Origin: an uncultured Pelagibacteraceae bacterium
Lineage (GTDB): Bacteria > Pseudomonadota > Alphaproteobacteria > Pelagibacterales > AG-422-B15
Length of the DNA: 64,000 nt
Reading direction: 5' to 3'
Assembly: GCA_902523535.1 (NCBI GenBank)
Contig: CABYZQ010000005.1
Coordinates: forward strand, 5,012-69,011
This document shows, piece after piece, positions 19,473 to 29,299 of this stretch. Position 1 is the first letter of the stretch, and each line of letters begins with the position of its first letter. Made by a program: the position numbers and the translations under genes. The notes below the pieces were generated by a model, which was given only the letters and a program-made list of their open reading frames with translations, did no database searches and was not told the DNA's origin.

Positions 19473-20584
19473 TTAAAGGTAGTAATTATGAAAAACTTGA
19501 TCAACTAATCAAAGAAAATGGTTTTGATGTTTTTGGAGTTGTACCAGCAAGCTCTGAATTAGATTTTAAAAAACAGCTTAATGAATTTTTAGATAACAAT
19601 CATCATGGTGATATGAAATGGATGTATGAAAGATCACATCTGAGATCTAATCCAAAATCACTTTGGGACAAAACAAAATCAATAATAGTACTTGGAGTAA
19701 ATTATAATTTTAATTGTAATTCACTTGAGCTTTTATCAAATAAGGAAAAAGGAATTGTATCAGTATATTCAAGAAATAACGACTATCATAAAATTATCAA
19801 AAAAAACTTAAAACATTTGTCAGTACAAATTTCAGATTTGTATGATTGTGATTATAAATACTTCATTGATACAGCGCCAGTAATGGAAAAACCTATAGGT
19901 ATGTTAGGAGGAATTGGTTGGCAAGGAAAGCACACAAACCTAGTTTCAAAAGACTTTGGATCATGGCTGTTCCTCTCAACAATATTTGTCGATAAAAAAA
20001 TTGTATTTTCAGAACCTGAGGTAAATCATTGTGGCTCCTGTTCGGATTGTATAGACATATGTCCTACTGGCGCAATACTTGAACCTTATAAGCTAGATGC
20101 AAGAAAATGTATTTCCTATCTCACCATAGAACATAAAGGTAAAATAGATAAAAATTTGAGATCTCTAATAGGAAATAGAATTTATGGATGTGATGACTGT
20201 TTAGCTGTGTGCCCGTGGAATAAATTTGCCAAATTATCCAATGAAAAAAATTTTCATCCTAAAGCAGAACTAATAGAACCTGATCTCAAATCCTTTATCA
20301 AACTTGATGATGCGCAATTTAGAAAGAAATTTAGTGGATCAAGTATAAAAAGGATTGGAAGGGATCGATTTATTAGAAATGTATTGATTGCAGTGGGAAA
20401 TAGTAAAAATAAGGTTTTTATTGATGATGTAAAAGACCTTCTTCATGATGAGTCAAGCTTAGTTAGGTCAATGGCCGTGTGGGCTCTTAAACAAATATCA
20501 GATACTTATGATTTCAATAATTATAGAAAAGAGCATATATCTTTAGAGGTAGATAAAGATGTAAAAGCAGAATGGTTAGATTAG
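19400..20584 (+). CDS. queG: Epoxyqueuosine reductase (start uncertain: ATG 19400 or ATT 19472)
   Basis: DYH, DTAPVMEK, GKHTNL, CGSC..C...CPT, CISYLTIE, GCD.C..VCPWN. Confidence 0.95.
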   Translation: MSKRDSQYISSTSGFRKKIEAGQLIKGSNYEKLDQLIKENGFDVFGVVPASSELDFKKQLNEFLDNNHHGDMKWMYERSHLRSNPKSLWDKTKSIIVLGVNYNFNCNSLELLSNKEKGIVSVYSRNNDYHKIIKKNLKHLSVQISDLYDCDYKYFIDTAPVMEKPIGMLGGIGWQGKHTNLVSKDFGSWLFLSTIFVDKKIVFSEPEVNHCGSCSDCIDICPTGAILEPYKLDARKCISYLTIEHKGKIDKNLRSLIGNRIYGCDDCLAVCPWNKFAKLSNEKNFHPKAELIEPDLKSFIKLDDAQFRKKFSGSSIKRIGRDRFIRNVLIAVGNSKNKVFIDDVKDLLHDESSLVRSMAVWALKQISDTYDFNNYRKEHISLEVDKDVKAEWLD

Positions 20585-20588
20585 CATC

Positions 20589-21431
20589 ATGATTTTTATT
20601 TATGGATATGGTTATACTTCTCAACATTTGTGTAAGCTATTAATTAGTAACAAGATAATTGCAACTTCTCGAAGCTGTGAAGAGAAAAAATCAATCTATG
20701 ATAATGTTGAACTGATTGCGCCGAGTGAATCAAATTTAATAATAAAGGAATACAGTGATAAAATAACCCATCTATTGATTTCAGTCCCACCCAGTGATGA
20801 TGGGGATCTGTTTTTGAATAATTTCAATAAAGATTTACAATCTCTTAAAAATTTAAAGTGGGTTGGATATTTATCAGCTACAAGTGTGTATGGAGATCAT
20901 AAAGGTGAATTTGTAAATGAGAACTCTGAACTTCTTACAAGGTCCACTAGAGGTATCAATAGAAAACTTGCAGAAGATCAATGGATTGACATTTCAAATA
21001 AATATAATCTTCCTCTTCATATATTTAGGATTGCAGGCATATATGGACCGCAAAGAAGCATTATAGATAGAATGAGTTCAGGAAATTTTATTAATGTAAT
21101 TAAAGATAATCATTTTTTTTCGAGAATTTATATTGATGACTTGGTAAATGTAATTAATGCTTCAATGAATAAACCAAATCCCATAAGTATTTACAATGTT
21201 GCTGATGATTTACCATCATCTTTAAATGATGTTGTTAGATATATATCTGAGAAAACAGGAATAACAATTGATCGAGAAATGCAATACTCAGAATTAAGTG
21301 AAGATAAAAAAAGAGAAAGTTTCTTCACTGAAAATAAAAAGGTTAATAATAAACTAATAAAGGAGGAATTAGGCGTAATATTAAAGTACCCAACATATAT
21401 TGAGGGCTATAATAAAATTATTAAATGTTAA
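20589..21431 (+). CDS. NAD-dependent epimerase/atypical SDR protein
   Basis: GYGY, YLSATSVYGD, RIAGIYGP, FSRI..DD, YNVADD, YPTY.EG. Confidence 0.85.
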   Translation: MIFIYGYGYTSQHLCKLLISNKIIATSRSCEEKKSIYDNVELIAPSESNLIIKEYSDKITHLLISVPPSDDGDLFLNNFNKDLQSLKNLKWVGYLSATSVYGDHKGEFVNENSELLTRSTRGINRKLAEDQWIDISNKYNLPLHIFRIAGIYGPQRSIIDRMSSGNFINVIKDNHFFSRIYIDDLVNVINASMNKPNPISIYNVADDLPSSLNDVVRYISEKTGITIDREMQYSELSEDKKRESFFTENKKVNNKLIKEELGVILKYPTYIEGYNKIIKC

Positions 21432-21435
21432 TTTC

Positions 21436-22326
21436 TTAAATTCCAGAATTTGTTTCAACTTGTAAACGGCTTATTGCGATACCAATCACGACTAAAATAA
21501 CCCCAATTAATAGTGAAAATTTCAAAGGTTCGTTCATCAACGCCCACCCGTAAAATATCCCAAAAACAGGTATTAAATAAGCAACTTGCATCATGAATGT
21601 GGTGCCTGCAGAGCGGATTAAAACTTGCCTTAAGCTAAAAGCTAAACCTGTTGGTATAATTCCTAAATAAATAACAGCAGTTATTGCTGCTGTATTTAAC
21701 TCATAACTCATTGGTTGCGCATAAAAGAACATAAACGGAATAAGCCAAATGCTTCCCCATGCTAGCGTATTCATTGTTACCATGTCAGAAGGCAAGTCTG
21801 AAACTTTTCTGATAATTAAATTTGATACCACATATGAACAACCTGCCAGATATATAGCAAGGGCACCAATAAAACTCGACATGTCTGTAACAAAAACCTG
21901 CACACCTACAGCAAAAATGACTCCTGAAAAGCCTATAATTGTACCAATTGTTTTCCTTAAATTAAGTTTTTCATCTTCAGTAAAATAGTGGGCGAGTACA
22001 AGGGCTAGGAAAGGATTAGCAGACATAATAATAACTCCAATATTACTTGGCAGCGACATAAGCCCATACGGAATTAATGTAAATGGTATTGCTGCATTAA
22101 ATAATCCTATGATTGCATAAGTAAATGAATTTTTCTGAAAGAGTTCTAAATTTCCTGAACGAAAAAGGACAGCTAATAATAATATTAAAGCGCCAATAAA
22201 GGTTCTAAAAAAACCAACTTCAATTGGGTTAAACATTAAATTACAAAATTTTATTGCAACAAATGATGCGCCCCATACAGCACCTAAAAAGATTAGTAGA
22301 AAATAATTATTTAATGTGGAATTCAC
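21436..22326 (-). CDS. DMT/EamA family transporter
   Basis: About 10 TM helices, WG.SF, two EamA halves. Confidence 0.9.
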   Translation of the reverse strand: MNSTLNNYFLLIFLGAVWGASFVAIKFCNLMFNPIEVGFFRTFIGALILLLAVLFRSGNLELFQKNSFTYAIIGLFNAAIPFTLIPYGLMSLPSNIGVIIMSANPFLALVLAHYFTEDEKLNLRKTIGTIIGFSGVIFAVGVQVFVTDMSSFIGALAIYLAGCSYVVSNLIIRKVSDLPSDMVTMNTLAWGSIWLIPFMFFYAQPMSYELNTAAITAVIYLGIIPTGLAFSLRQVLIRSAGTTFMMQVAYLIPVFGIFYGWALMNEPLKFSLLIGVILVVIGIAISRLQVETNSGI

Positions 22327-23072
22327 AGAGCTAACTCAGTGATTGTTTGGAATAATATTTTTAGATCCTGATCTCTAGACAAACTATGATCACCATCTTC
22401 AATTATATTCAATTGTTTATTTTCACTTTCGATCTTATTAATAATTTTTTCTGATGTCTCAAAACTTACAACTTGGTCTAGTCGCCCATGAAGCAATCTT
22501 ATAGGACACTTTATTTTAATTGGCTCGTGTAATATCATATTCTTCTTGCCGTCTTCTAAGAAATTATAAGTTATCGTATAATCTTCTGAATATTTGTCCC
22601 AATTGATAATGATTTTTCCATCTTTTTTAATTTGAGTTTTTTGCTCTTTACTCAACCTATTCCACTCTCCAACTACAAAGTCAGGAGCCGATGCGATGCC
22701 TATTAATCCATTGATCGTTAAGGGATTTCTCTTAGCTACTATTAGAGAAATCCAACCCCCCATACTTGACCCAATAATTATATTAATCTTTGATTTACAT
22801 AAATTGAAAATCTCATGAGCTTCCTCTGACCACTTGCTAATACCTCCATCTTCAAACGCACCCGCTGATGATCCATGACCTGAATAATCGAATCTTATGA
22901 AATTTAAATTATTCGTTTTACACCATGCACTTAAAGCAGTTGCTTTTGTTCCAGTCATACTGGAGCTATAGCCTCCAAAAAAAAATATTGAGATCTCTGA
23001 ATTCTGATTCTCATGCAAATATGCAATTTGATCGTTTAGAGATGATTTATGATATTTTATATTATTGAGCAT
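22323..23072 (-). CDS. Alpha/beta hydrolase (ABHD10-like)
   Basis: S.M.GTKA, RFDYSGHG, GSSMGG nucleophile elbow, GDH.LSR. Confidence 0.88.
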   Translation of the reverse strand: MLNNIKYHKSSLNDQIAYLHENQNSEISIFFFGGYSSSMTGTKATALSAWCKTNNLNFIRFDYSGHGSSAGAFEDGGISKWSEEAHEIFNLCKSKINIIIGSSMGGWISLIVAKRNPLTINGLIGIASAPDFVVGEWNRLSKEQKTQIKKDGKIIINWDKYSEDYTITYNFLEDGKKNMILHEPIKIKCPIRLLHGRLDQVVSFETSEKIINKIESENKQLNIIEDGDHSLSRDQDLKILFQTITELAL

Positions 23073-23112
23073 AATGATTTACTATTAAGCATTTAACTAT
23101 TAGAAATAGTAT

Positions 23113-24252
23113 ATGCAATCAAAAATTTGTGTATTGCAAGTTATACCTAATCTTGACGTTAGTGGGGCTTCACAAGGTTGTGTAGATGTTGCAAATTATT
23201 TGACAGAAAAAAATTATAATTCCTACATTGCAACAAATTCAGGACAAAATATAATGAAAGTTAGTGAACATGAAACTAAAGTCATAAAAGTTCCCGTACA
23301 TTCAAAGAACCCTTTAATCATAATTTTGAATATCTTTAGGCTTGCAAGGATTATTAAATTATTTGGTATAAATATTCTTCATGTACGAAGTAGGGCGCCT
23401 GCATGGAGTTCGTATTTTGCTTGTTTAATGACGCGCACTAAATATGTTTCTACTTTTCATGGAACCTATAATTTTAATAATGTTTTGAAAAAATATTATA
23501 ATTCAGTCATGCTAATGACTGATGGCACAATCGCGATTTCCGAATTTATATATAACGAGATTAAGACCAAATATCAAAAAATGCCAAAAGTAATTAAAAT
23601 AATTCCAAGAGGCATTGACTTAGAATTTTTCAATGTAGCATCTATAGATCAACAAATCAAAAATGACATTTTAACAGAGTTTAAAATAAATAAAGATGCT
23701 ATCAAAATAATGTTACCTGGGAGAATGACAGAATGGAAAGGTCATTTACTATTACTAAAAGCGTTTGAGCAAGTAAGCCAACAAACTGAAAAAAAACTTG
23801 AATTATTAATGGTAGGGCCTGACGACAATACTTCACTTAAAGAAAGATTAACGACTTTTGTTCATGAAAAAGATATTGAAGGTAATGTGCATTTTATCAG
23901 TGCAAGAAATGATATTAATAACTTTTACAGCATTGCAGATATAGTTGTCTCACCATCTACAGATCCCGAGGCTTTTGGTAGAATTTCTGTTGAAGCGCAA
24001 GCAATGGGCAAATTTGTTATAGCCTCTAATCATGGGGGTTCAACTGAAACTATTATTAATAATGAAACAGGTTACTTATTTAATAACGCCGATGAGAATG
24101 ATTTATCTGCTAAAATATTAAAAGCAATTAATGAAGATAAACACTGCTCAGAAACAGTTAGACAGGCATGCATAACAAATGTTCAAAAAAATTATTCAGA
24201 TAAAAAAATGTGTGACTCAACTTTAAATTTTTATAATGAAATAATCGGATAA
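23113..24252 (+). CDS. Glycosyltransferase family 4
   Basis: H.RSRAPAWS, TFHG.Y, PGR..WKG, EAFGR..VEAQAMG. Confidence 0.92.
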   Translation: MQSKICVLQVIPNLDVSGASQGCVDVANYLTEKNYNSYIATNSGQNIMKVSEHETKVIKVPVHSKNPLIIILNIFRLARIIKLFGINILHVRSRAPAWSSYFACLMTRTKYVSTFHGTYNFNNVLKKYYNSVMLMTDGTIAISEFIYNEIKTKYQKMPKVIKIIPRGIDLEFFNVASIDQQIKNDILTEFKINKDAIKIMLPGRMTEWKGHLLLLKAFEQVSQQTEKKLELLMVGPDDNTSLKERLTTFVHEKDIEGNVHFISARNDINNFYSIADIVVSPSTDPEAFGRISVEAQAMGKFVIASNHGGSTETIINNETGYLFNNADENDLSAKILKAINEDKHCSETVRQACITNVQKNYSDKKMCDSTLNFYNEIIG

Positions 24253-25179
24253 ATGACCAACAAGATTTTAGTAATAAAACATGGATCGTTTGGTGATATT
24301 ATACAAATTAATGGATGCCTGAGAGATATACGAGAAAATTATATTGATAATGAAATTTATATTCTTACTACACCTGCGTTCAGATCTTATTTTGAAAGAT
24401 GTCCCTACATTGATAAAGTTATAGTTGATGAAAGAAAATCTAGGTGGAATATTTTTTATTTACTAAAGATTAAAGATATAATTATAAACTTAAAATTTCA
24501 AAAAATATTTGATTTACAAAATTCACGTAGAACAGAGTTCTATAGAAAATATTTATCGAATTCGATTGAATGGATTTCTTCAAGAACAATATTAAATCCA
24601 AATGAAAGAAAAGAAGAGTTTGATAAAAAAAGTATACTTGAGAGATTTAACATACAATTATCTAGAGCTAATGTGAATGTACAATTTACATATAAACCTC
24701 AAGTTACATGGATGATTGATCAAGAATTTGCTATACCCTCATCAATAAAGAAAAATTATATTACACTTTTTCCATTTTGTTCCATTAAGCATCGTCAGAA
24801 ATTATGGCCTCATTACCAGGATTTAATCACTAAATTAAAAATAAAATATCCAGACATCGATATCATTATTGTTCCAGGGCCAGGAGAATATGAAAAAGCA
24901 AGAAATTATGACGTCAAAATATTAATGAATAACAAAGATCATACAAATTTCTTTCAATTATCGAAGATATTGGCTGGCTCAAAATATGTAATCTCAAACG
25001 ACACTGGACCTGCACATCTTGCGGCCCATTTGGGCTGTAAAGGCTTAGCTATATTTGGAAGTCATACATCTCCTGAGAAAGTAAGTATTCAGACAGATAA
25101 TTTTCATAGTATTTCCAGTAAAAATTTACATGAACTCACTCCTGACATGGTCATTGAGAAAATAGATTCTCATTTGTAG
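24253..25179 (+). CDS. Glycosyltransferase family 9 (heptosyltransferase-like)
   Basis: KHGSFGD, DLQNS.R, NDTGPAHLAA. Confidence 0.92.
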   Translation: MTNKILVIKHGSFGDIIQINGCLRDIRENYIDNEIYILTTPAFRSYFERCPYIDKVIVDERKSRWNIFYLLKIKDIIINLKFQKIFDLQNSRRTEFYRKYLSNSIEWISSRTILNPNERKEEFDKKSILERFNIQLSRANVNVQFTYKPQVTWMIDQEFAIPSSIKKNYITLFPFCSIKHRQKLWPHYQDLITKLKIKYPDIDIIIVPGPGEYEKARNYDVKILMNNKDHTNFFQLSKILAGSKYVISNDTGPAHLAAHLGCKGLAIFGSHTSPEKVSIQTDNFHSISSKNLHELTPDMVIEKIDSHL

Positions 25180-25197
25180 ATAGATGATATAGTAGTT

Positions 25198-26946
25198 ATG
25201 TCCTTTATGGAAAATGAAGAAAAATTTATAGAAACATTACGTCACGATACGGCCCATGTTCTTGCCATGGCTGTTCAAGAGTTATTCCCTGAAACACAAG
25301 TCACTATTGGACCTGTTATTGAGAATGGGTTCTACTATGACTTTGATCGCAAAGACCCTTTTACTGATAAAGACCTTAGTGTCATCGAAAAAAAGATGAA
25401 AGAAATTGTGAATAGAGATGTGAAGACGTCATTTAAAGTAATGAAAAGAGAAGATGCAATTAAATTATTTTTAGATAAGGGTGAAAAATATAAAGTTGAA
25501 ATTATTAAAGATTTGCCTGAAAGTGAAGAGTTAAAAGTATACTACCATGGTGATTGGTTTGATTTATGTAAAGGTCCACACTTAGAATCAACTGGAAAGA
25601 TTGGTAAGGCTTTTAAGCTAACAAAAGTCGCAGGAGCATATTGGAGGGGTGACTCTAATAATCCAATGTTGCAAAGAATATATGGCACGGCATGGGAAAC
25701 TGAAGAAGAATTAAAAAACTACTTAATGCTTTTAGAGGAAGCTGAAAAAAGAGATCATAGAAAACTTGGTAAGCAACTTGATTTGTTTCATTTTCAAGAA
25801 GAAGCTCCAGGGTCTGTTTTCTGGCATGCAAAAGGATGGACCTTATTCAGAACTTTAATCGATTACATGAGGCATCGCCAAGAGGAAGCTGGTTATGAAG
25901 AGATTAATACTCCTGATATTATGGACAAATCTCTATGGGAACTTTCAGGACATTTAGAAAAATTTGGCGACAACATGTTCACCACTGAAGCAAGGGAAGA
26001 TAGAGTTTATGCATTAAAGCCAATGAATTGTCCAGGGTGTGTTCAAGTATATAAGCAGGGATTGAAAAGTTATCGAGATTTGCCATTAAGAGTTGCAGAA
26101 TTTGGTAAAGTGCACAGATATGAACCATCTGGAGCCCTGCATGGTTTGATGCGAGTTAGAGCATTTACCCAGGATGATGCTCATATATTTTGTACTGAGG
26201 ATCAAATTACTGAAGAAAGCAAAAAAGTTTGCGACCTTGTTCTCAGTATTTATAAAGATTTTGGATTTGATAAAGTTTCAATTAAATTTTCTGATAGACC
26301 TGAGAAAAGAGTTGGCAGTGATGCAATATGGGATAAGTCCGAAGAAGCTCTTCGACAAGCCATGGAAGCTACAGGATTAGAATATTCATTGAATCCAGGT
26401 GAAGGGGCATTTTACGGTCCAAAGCTTGAATTCATTCTTAAAGATGCAATAGGTCGTGAATGGCAATGTGGTACTTTGCAAGTTGATTTGAATATGCCTG
26501 AAAGATTAGGTGGACATTTTATTGCTGAGGATGGACAAAAATATAATCCAGTAATGCTGCACAGAGCACTCTTTGGATCATTAGAGCGTTTCACAGGAAT
26601 ATTAATAGAACATTATGCTGGTGCTCTCCCACTATGGCTTTCACCAGTACAAGCGGTCGTTACACCAATAACTACTGAAATAAATGAATACGGTGAAGAA
26701 GTTTATGAAAGTTTAAAAAACGCGGGAATAAGGGTTGAAAAAGATCTACGTAACGAAAAAATTAGTTATAAAATTAGAGAAAATTCACTTAAAAAAATTC
26801 CATTTCAATTAATTCTTGGAAAGAAGGAAATTGAAGAACGTTCTATAACAATGAGAGCGTTTGGAAGCGACAAACAAGAAAAAATAAAGTTTGAAAATTT
26901 AAATGATTTTTTTATAAAAAAATGTATGATGCCATCACAACAATAG
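25198..26946 (+). CDS. thrS: Threonine--tRNA ligase lacking the N-terminal TGS domain
   Basis: [31 protein letters not shown]. Confidence 0.98.
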   Translation: MSFMENEEKFIETLRHDTAHVLAMAVQELFPETQVTIGPVIENGFYYDFDRKDPFTDKDLSVIEKKMKEIVNRDVKTSFKVMKREDAIKLFLDKGEKYKVEIIKDLPESEELKVYYHGDWFDLCKGPHLESTGKIGKAFKLTKVAGAYWRGDSNNPMLQRIYGTAWETEEELKNYLMLLEEAEKRDHRKLGKQLDLFHFQEEAPGSVFWHAKGWTLFRTLIDYMRHRQEEAGYEEINTPDIMDKSLWELSGHLEKFGDNMFTTEAREDRVYALKPMNCPGCVQVYKQGLKSYRDLPLRVAEFGKVHRYEPSGALHGLMRVRAFTQDDAHIFCTEDQITEESKKVCDLVLSIYKDFGFDKVSIKFSDRPEKRVGSDAIWDKSEEALRQAMEATGLEYSLNPGEGAFYGPKLEFILKDAIGREWQCGTLQVDLNMPERLGGHFIAEDGQKYNPVMLHRALFGSLERFTGILIEHYAGALPLWLSPVQAVVTPITTEINEYGEEVYESLKNAGIRVEKDLRNEKISYKIRENSLKKIPFQLILGKKEIEERSITMRAFGSDKQEKIKFENLNDFFIKKCMMPSQQ

Positions 26947-26961
26947 ATATAGGAGATTAAA

Positions 26962-27510
26962 ATAGCACTTCAAAAGAAAAATAATAGATACAATCAATCT
27001 ACTAAAGGCCCAAAATTCCGAATTAACGAATTCATAACCACTTCCACAGTTAGACTAATTGATGAAAAAGGTAACAACCTTGGAGTTGTTGATACCGATG
27101 AAGCTGTTAAAAAAGCTTTAGAGGTAGGACTAGATCTTGTTGAAGTATCCCCACAAGTTGACCCGCCGGTATGTAAAATTCTAGACTTTGGAAAATTTAA
27201 ATATGAGGCTCAAAAAAAAGCTAGTACTTCGAAGAAAAAACAAAAGGAAGTTACAATAAAAGAAATAAAAATGCGGCCAGGGATAGATGTTCATGATTAT
27301 GATTTTAAAGTAAGAGCGGCACAAAAGTTTATTTCTGCTGGAGACAAAGTAAAATTTACCATTAGATTCAAAGGGCGTGAATTCGAGCATCACGATATCG
27401 CCGAGAACTTGATGGAAAGAATAAGGGAGACTATGGGATCAACCAGTAAAATTGAGCAAGAGCCCAAACTAGAAGGTAGGCAATTTACAATGATTTTTAC
27501 TCCTAACTAG
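26962..27510 (+). CDS. infC: Translation initiation factor IF-3, ATA start
   Basis: Frame open upstream of the tracked ATG; AGGAG at 26951-26955 then ATA at 26962; RINE.I...VRLID, LDLVEV, PPVCKILDFGKFKY. Confidence 0.93.
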   Translation: MALQKKNNRYNQSTKGPKFRINEFITTSTVRLIDEKGNNLGVVDTDEAVKKALEVGLDLVEVSPQVDPPVCKILDFGKFKYEAQKKASTSKKKQKEVTIKEIKMRPGIDVHDYDFKVRAAQKFISAGDKVKFTIRFKGREFEHHDIAENLMERIRETMGSTSKIEQEPKLEGRQFTMIFTPN

Positions 27511-27589
27511 CCTATTTTTTCATATTCTCTTCAATTATAAAAACCTTTGATTTTTTCCTATCCAGGGGATATAACCCTGCTCATTCATT

Positions 27590-27787
27590 ATGACAAAACT
27601 CAAAACAAAAAAGGGCGCTAATAAGAGGTTCAGAGTTACTGCATCTGGGAAAGTTAAATCTTACCAAAGTGGCAAAAAGCACGGCATGATTAAAAGGACT
27701 AATAAGCAGATAAGGAATCAGAGAGGGTCAACTATTCTGTCTGATCAAGATGCCCGCATTGTTAAAAAGTTTCTACCGTACGCATAG
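27590..27787 (+). CDS. rpmI: 50S ribosomal protein L35
   Basis: KLKTKKG..KRF..TASGKV; infC-rpmI-rplT order. Confidence 0.97.
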   Translation: MTKLKTKKGANKRFRVTASGKVKSYQSGKKHGMIKRTNKQIRNQRGSTILSDQDARIVKKFLPYA

Positions 27788-27800
27788 ATAGGTTTTTATT

Positions 27801-28157
27801 ATGGCAAGAGTTAAAAGAGGAGTTACTGCACACGCAAGACACAAGAAGGTGATCAAGCAAGCTAAAGGTTACCGAGGTCGACGAAAAAATACCTTCAAAG
27901 TAGCAAAGCAGGCAGTCGAAAAATCTCTACAATATGCATATCGTGATCGCCGAGCCAAAAAGAGAGACTTCAGGTCTCTATGGACTCAAAGAATAAATGC
28001 TGGGGCAAGAGAGTGCGGTATATCATACTCAGTTTTTATAAGCGGATTGAAAAAATTGAATATCTCACTCGATAGAAAGATCCTAGCTGATTTAGCAATG
28101 AATGAACCATCGTCGTTTAAGCATTTAGCCGAACAAGTTCAATCTGCCGCTAAATAA
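27801..28157 (+). CDS. rplT: 50S ribosomal protein L20
   Basis: MARVKRG, AYRDRR..KR.FR.LW..RINA. Confidence 0.98.
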   Translation: MARVKRGVTAHARHKKVIKQAKGYRGRRKNTFKVAKQAVEKSLQYAYRDRRAKKRDFRSLWTQRINAGARECGISYSVFISGLKKLNISLDRKILADLAMNEPSSFKHLAEQVQSAAK

Positions 28158-28228
28158 CTAGCTTATTAGCCTTTACACAAATATATTCTTATTACAGAAA
28201 AAACTAAATCTGATATTGTTGTATTGTT

Positions 28229-29299
28229 ATGGTTGATTTTACAAAACTAGAGCAAGAAATTACAAATTCTTTATCTAAAGTTAAAGATTTAGAAAGCTTG
28301 AATGAATGTCGTATAAAATATCTTGGTAAAAAAGGAGAGATATCTCTTTTAATGAAGGAGCTTGCTAATCTCTCAGGCGAAGATAGAAAAAAACAAGCTG
28401 AAATACTAAATACTCTTAAAAATAAAACATTGAGTCTTATAGAAGACAAGACAGAAGAACTAAACGATAGGAATTTAAATGAAAAACTATCATCTGAGAC
28501 ACTCGATGTAACATTACCAGTATCAAGTTCTTTGGGATCAATTCACCCTATAACTCAAGTTATTGAGGAAGTAGTCACAATATTTGGCGACTTAGATTTT
28601 TATGTTGCAGAGGGGCCAGAAGTCGAAACGGACTATAATAATTTCACTGCGCTAAATACATCAGAACATCATCCGGCAAGGCAAATGCATGATACATTTT
28701 ATGTAGAAACGCAAACAGACAGTATGCAGAATGTGTTAAGAACGCATACATCACCTGTACAAATCAGGAGTATGCTTCAGCATAAACCTCCTATTAGACT
28801 GATTGCTCCTGGGAAAACATTTAGATGCGATAATGACCAAACACATTCTCCAATGTTTCATCAAGTTGAGGGATTAGTAATCGATCAAGAAAGCAATATG
28901 AGTCATCTCAAGGGATGTCTTGAAATATTTCTTAAAACTTTTTTTGAAACAGATAAACTTAAAATGAGATTTCGACCAAGTCATTTTCCGTTCACAGAGC
29001 CGTCAGCAGAGGTTGATATAGGTTATACTAAAAAAGGGAATCAATTAGTTATTGGTGAAGGCGATGACTGGCTAGAAATATTAGGCTGCGGGATGGTGCA
29101 CCCAAAAGTTCTACAAAATGTGAATATTGATCCGAATAGTTTTCAAGGGTATGCCTTTGGGATGGGCATAGAACGCCTTGCAATGCTTAAGTACGGTATA
29201 AGTGATTTAAGGACCTTTTTTGAGTGCGATTTAAGATGGAATAAGCATTATGGCTTTTCTCCACTGAACTTTCCTTCTCTCATCAGGGACTTAAGCTAA
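28229..29299 (+). CDS. pheS: Phenylalanine--tRNA ligase alpha subunit
   Basis: HPAR.MHDTF, LRTHTSPVQ, FPFTEPS, GMGIERLAML. Confidence 0.98.
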   Translation: MVDFTKLEQEITNSLSKVKDLESLNECRIKYLGKKGEISLLMKELANLSGEDRKKQAEILNTLKNKTLSLIEDKTEELNDRNLNEKLSSETLDVTLPVSSSLGSIHPITQVIEEVVTIFGDLDFYVAEGPEVETDYNNFTALNTSEHHPARQMHDTFYVETQTDSMQNVLRTHTSPVQIRSMLQHKPPIRLIAPGKTFRCDNDQTHSPMFHQVEGLVIDQESNMSHLKGCLEIFLKTFFETDKLKMRFRPSHFPFTEPSAEVDIGYTKKGNQLVIGEGDDWLEILGCGMVHPKVLQNVNIDPNSFQGYAFGMGIERLAMLKYGISDLRTFFECDLRWNKHYGFSPLNFPSLIRDLS

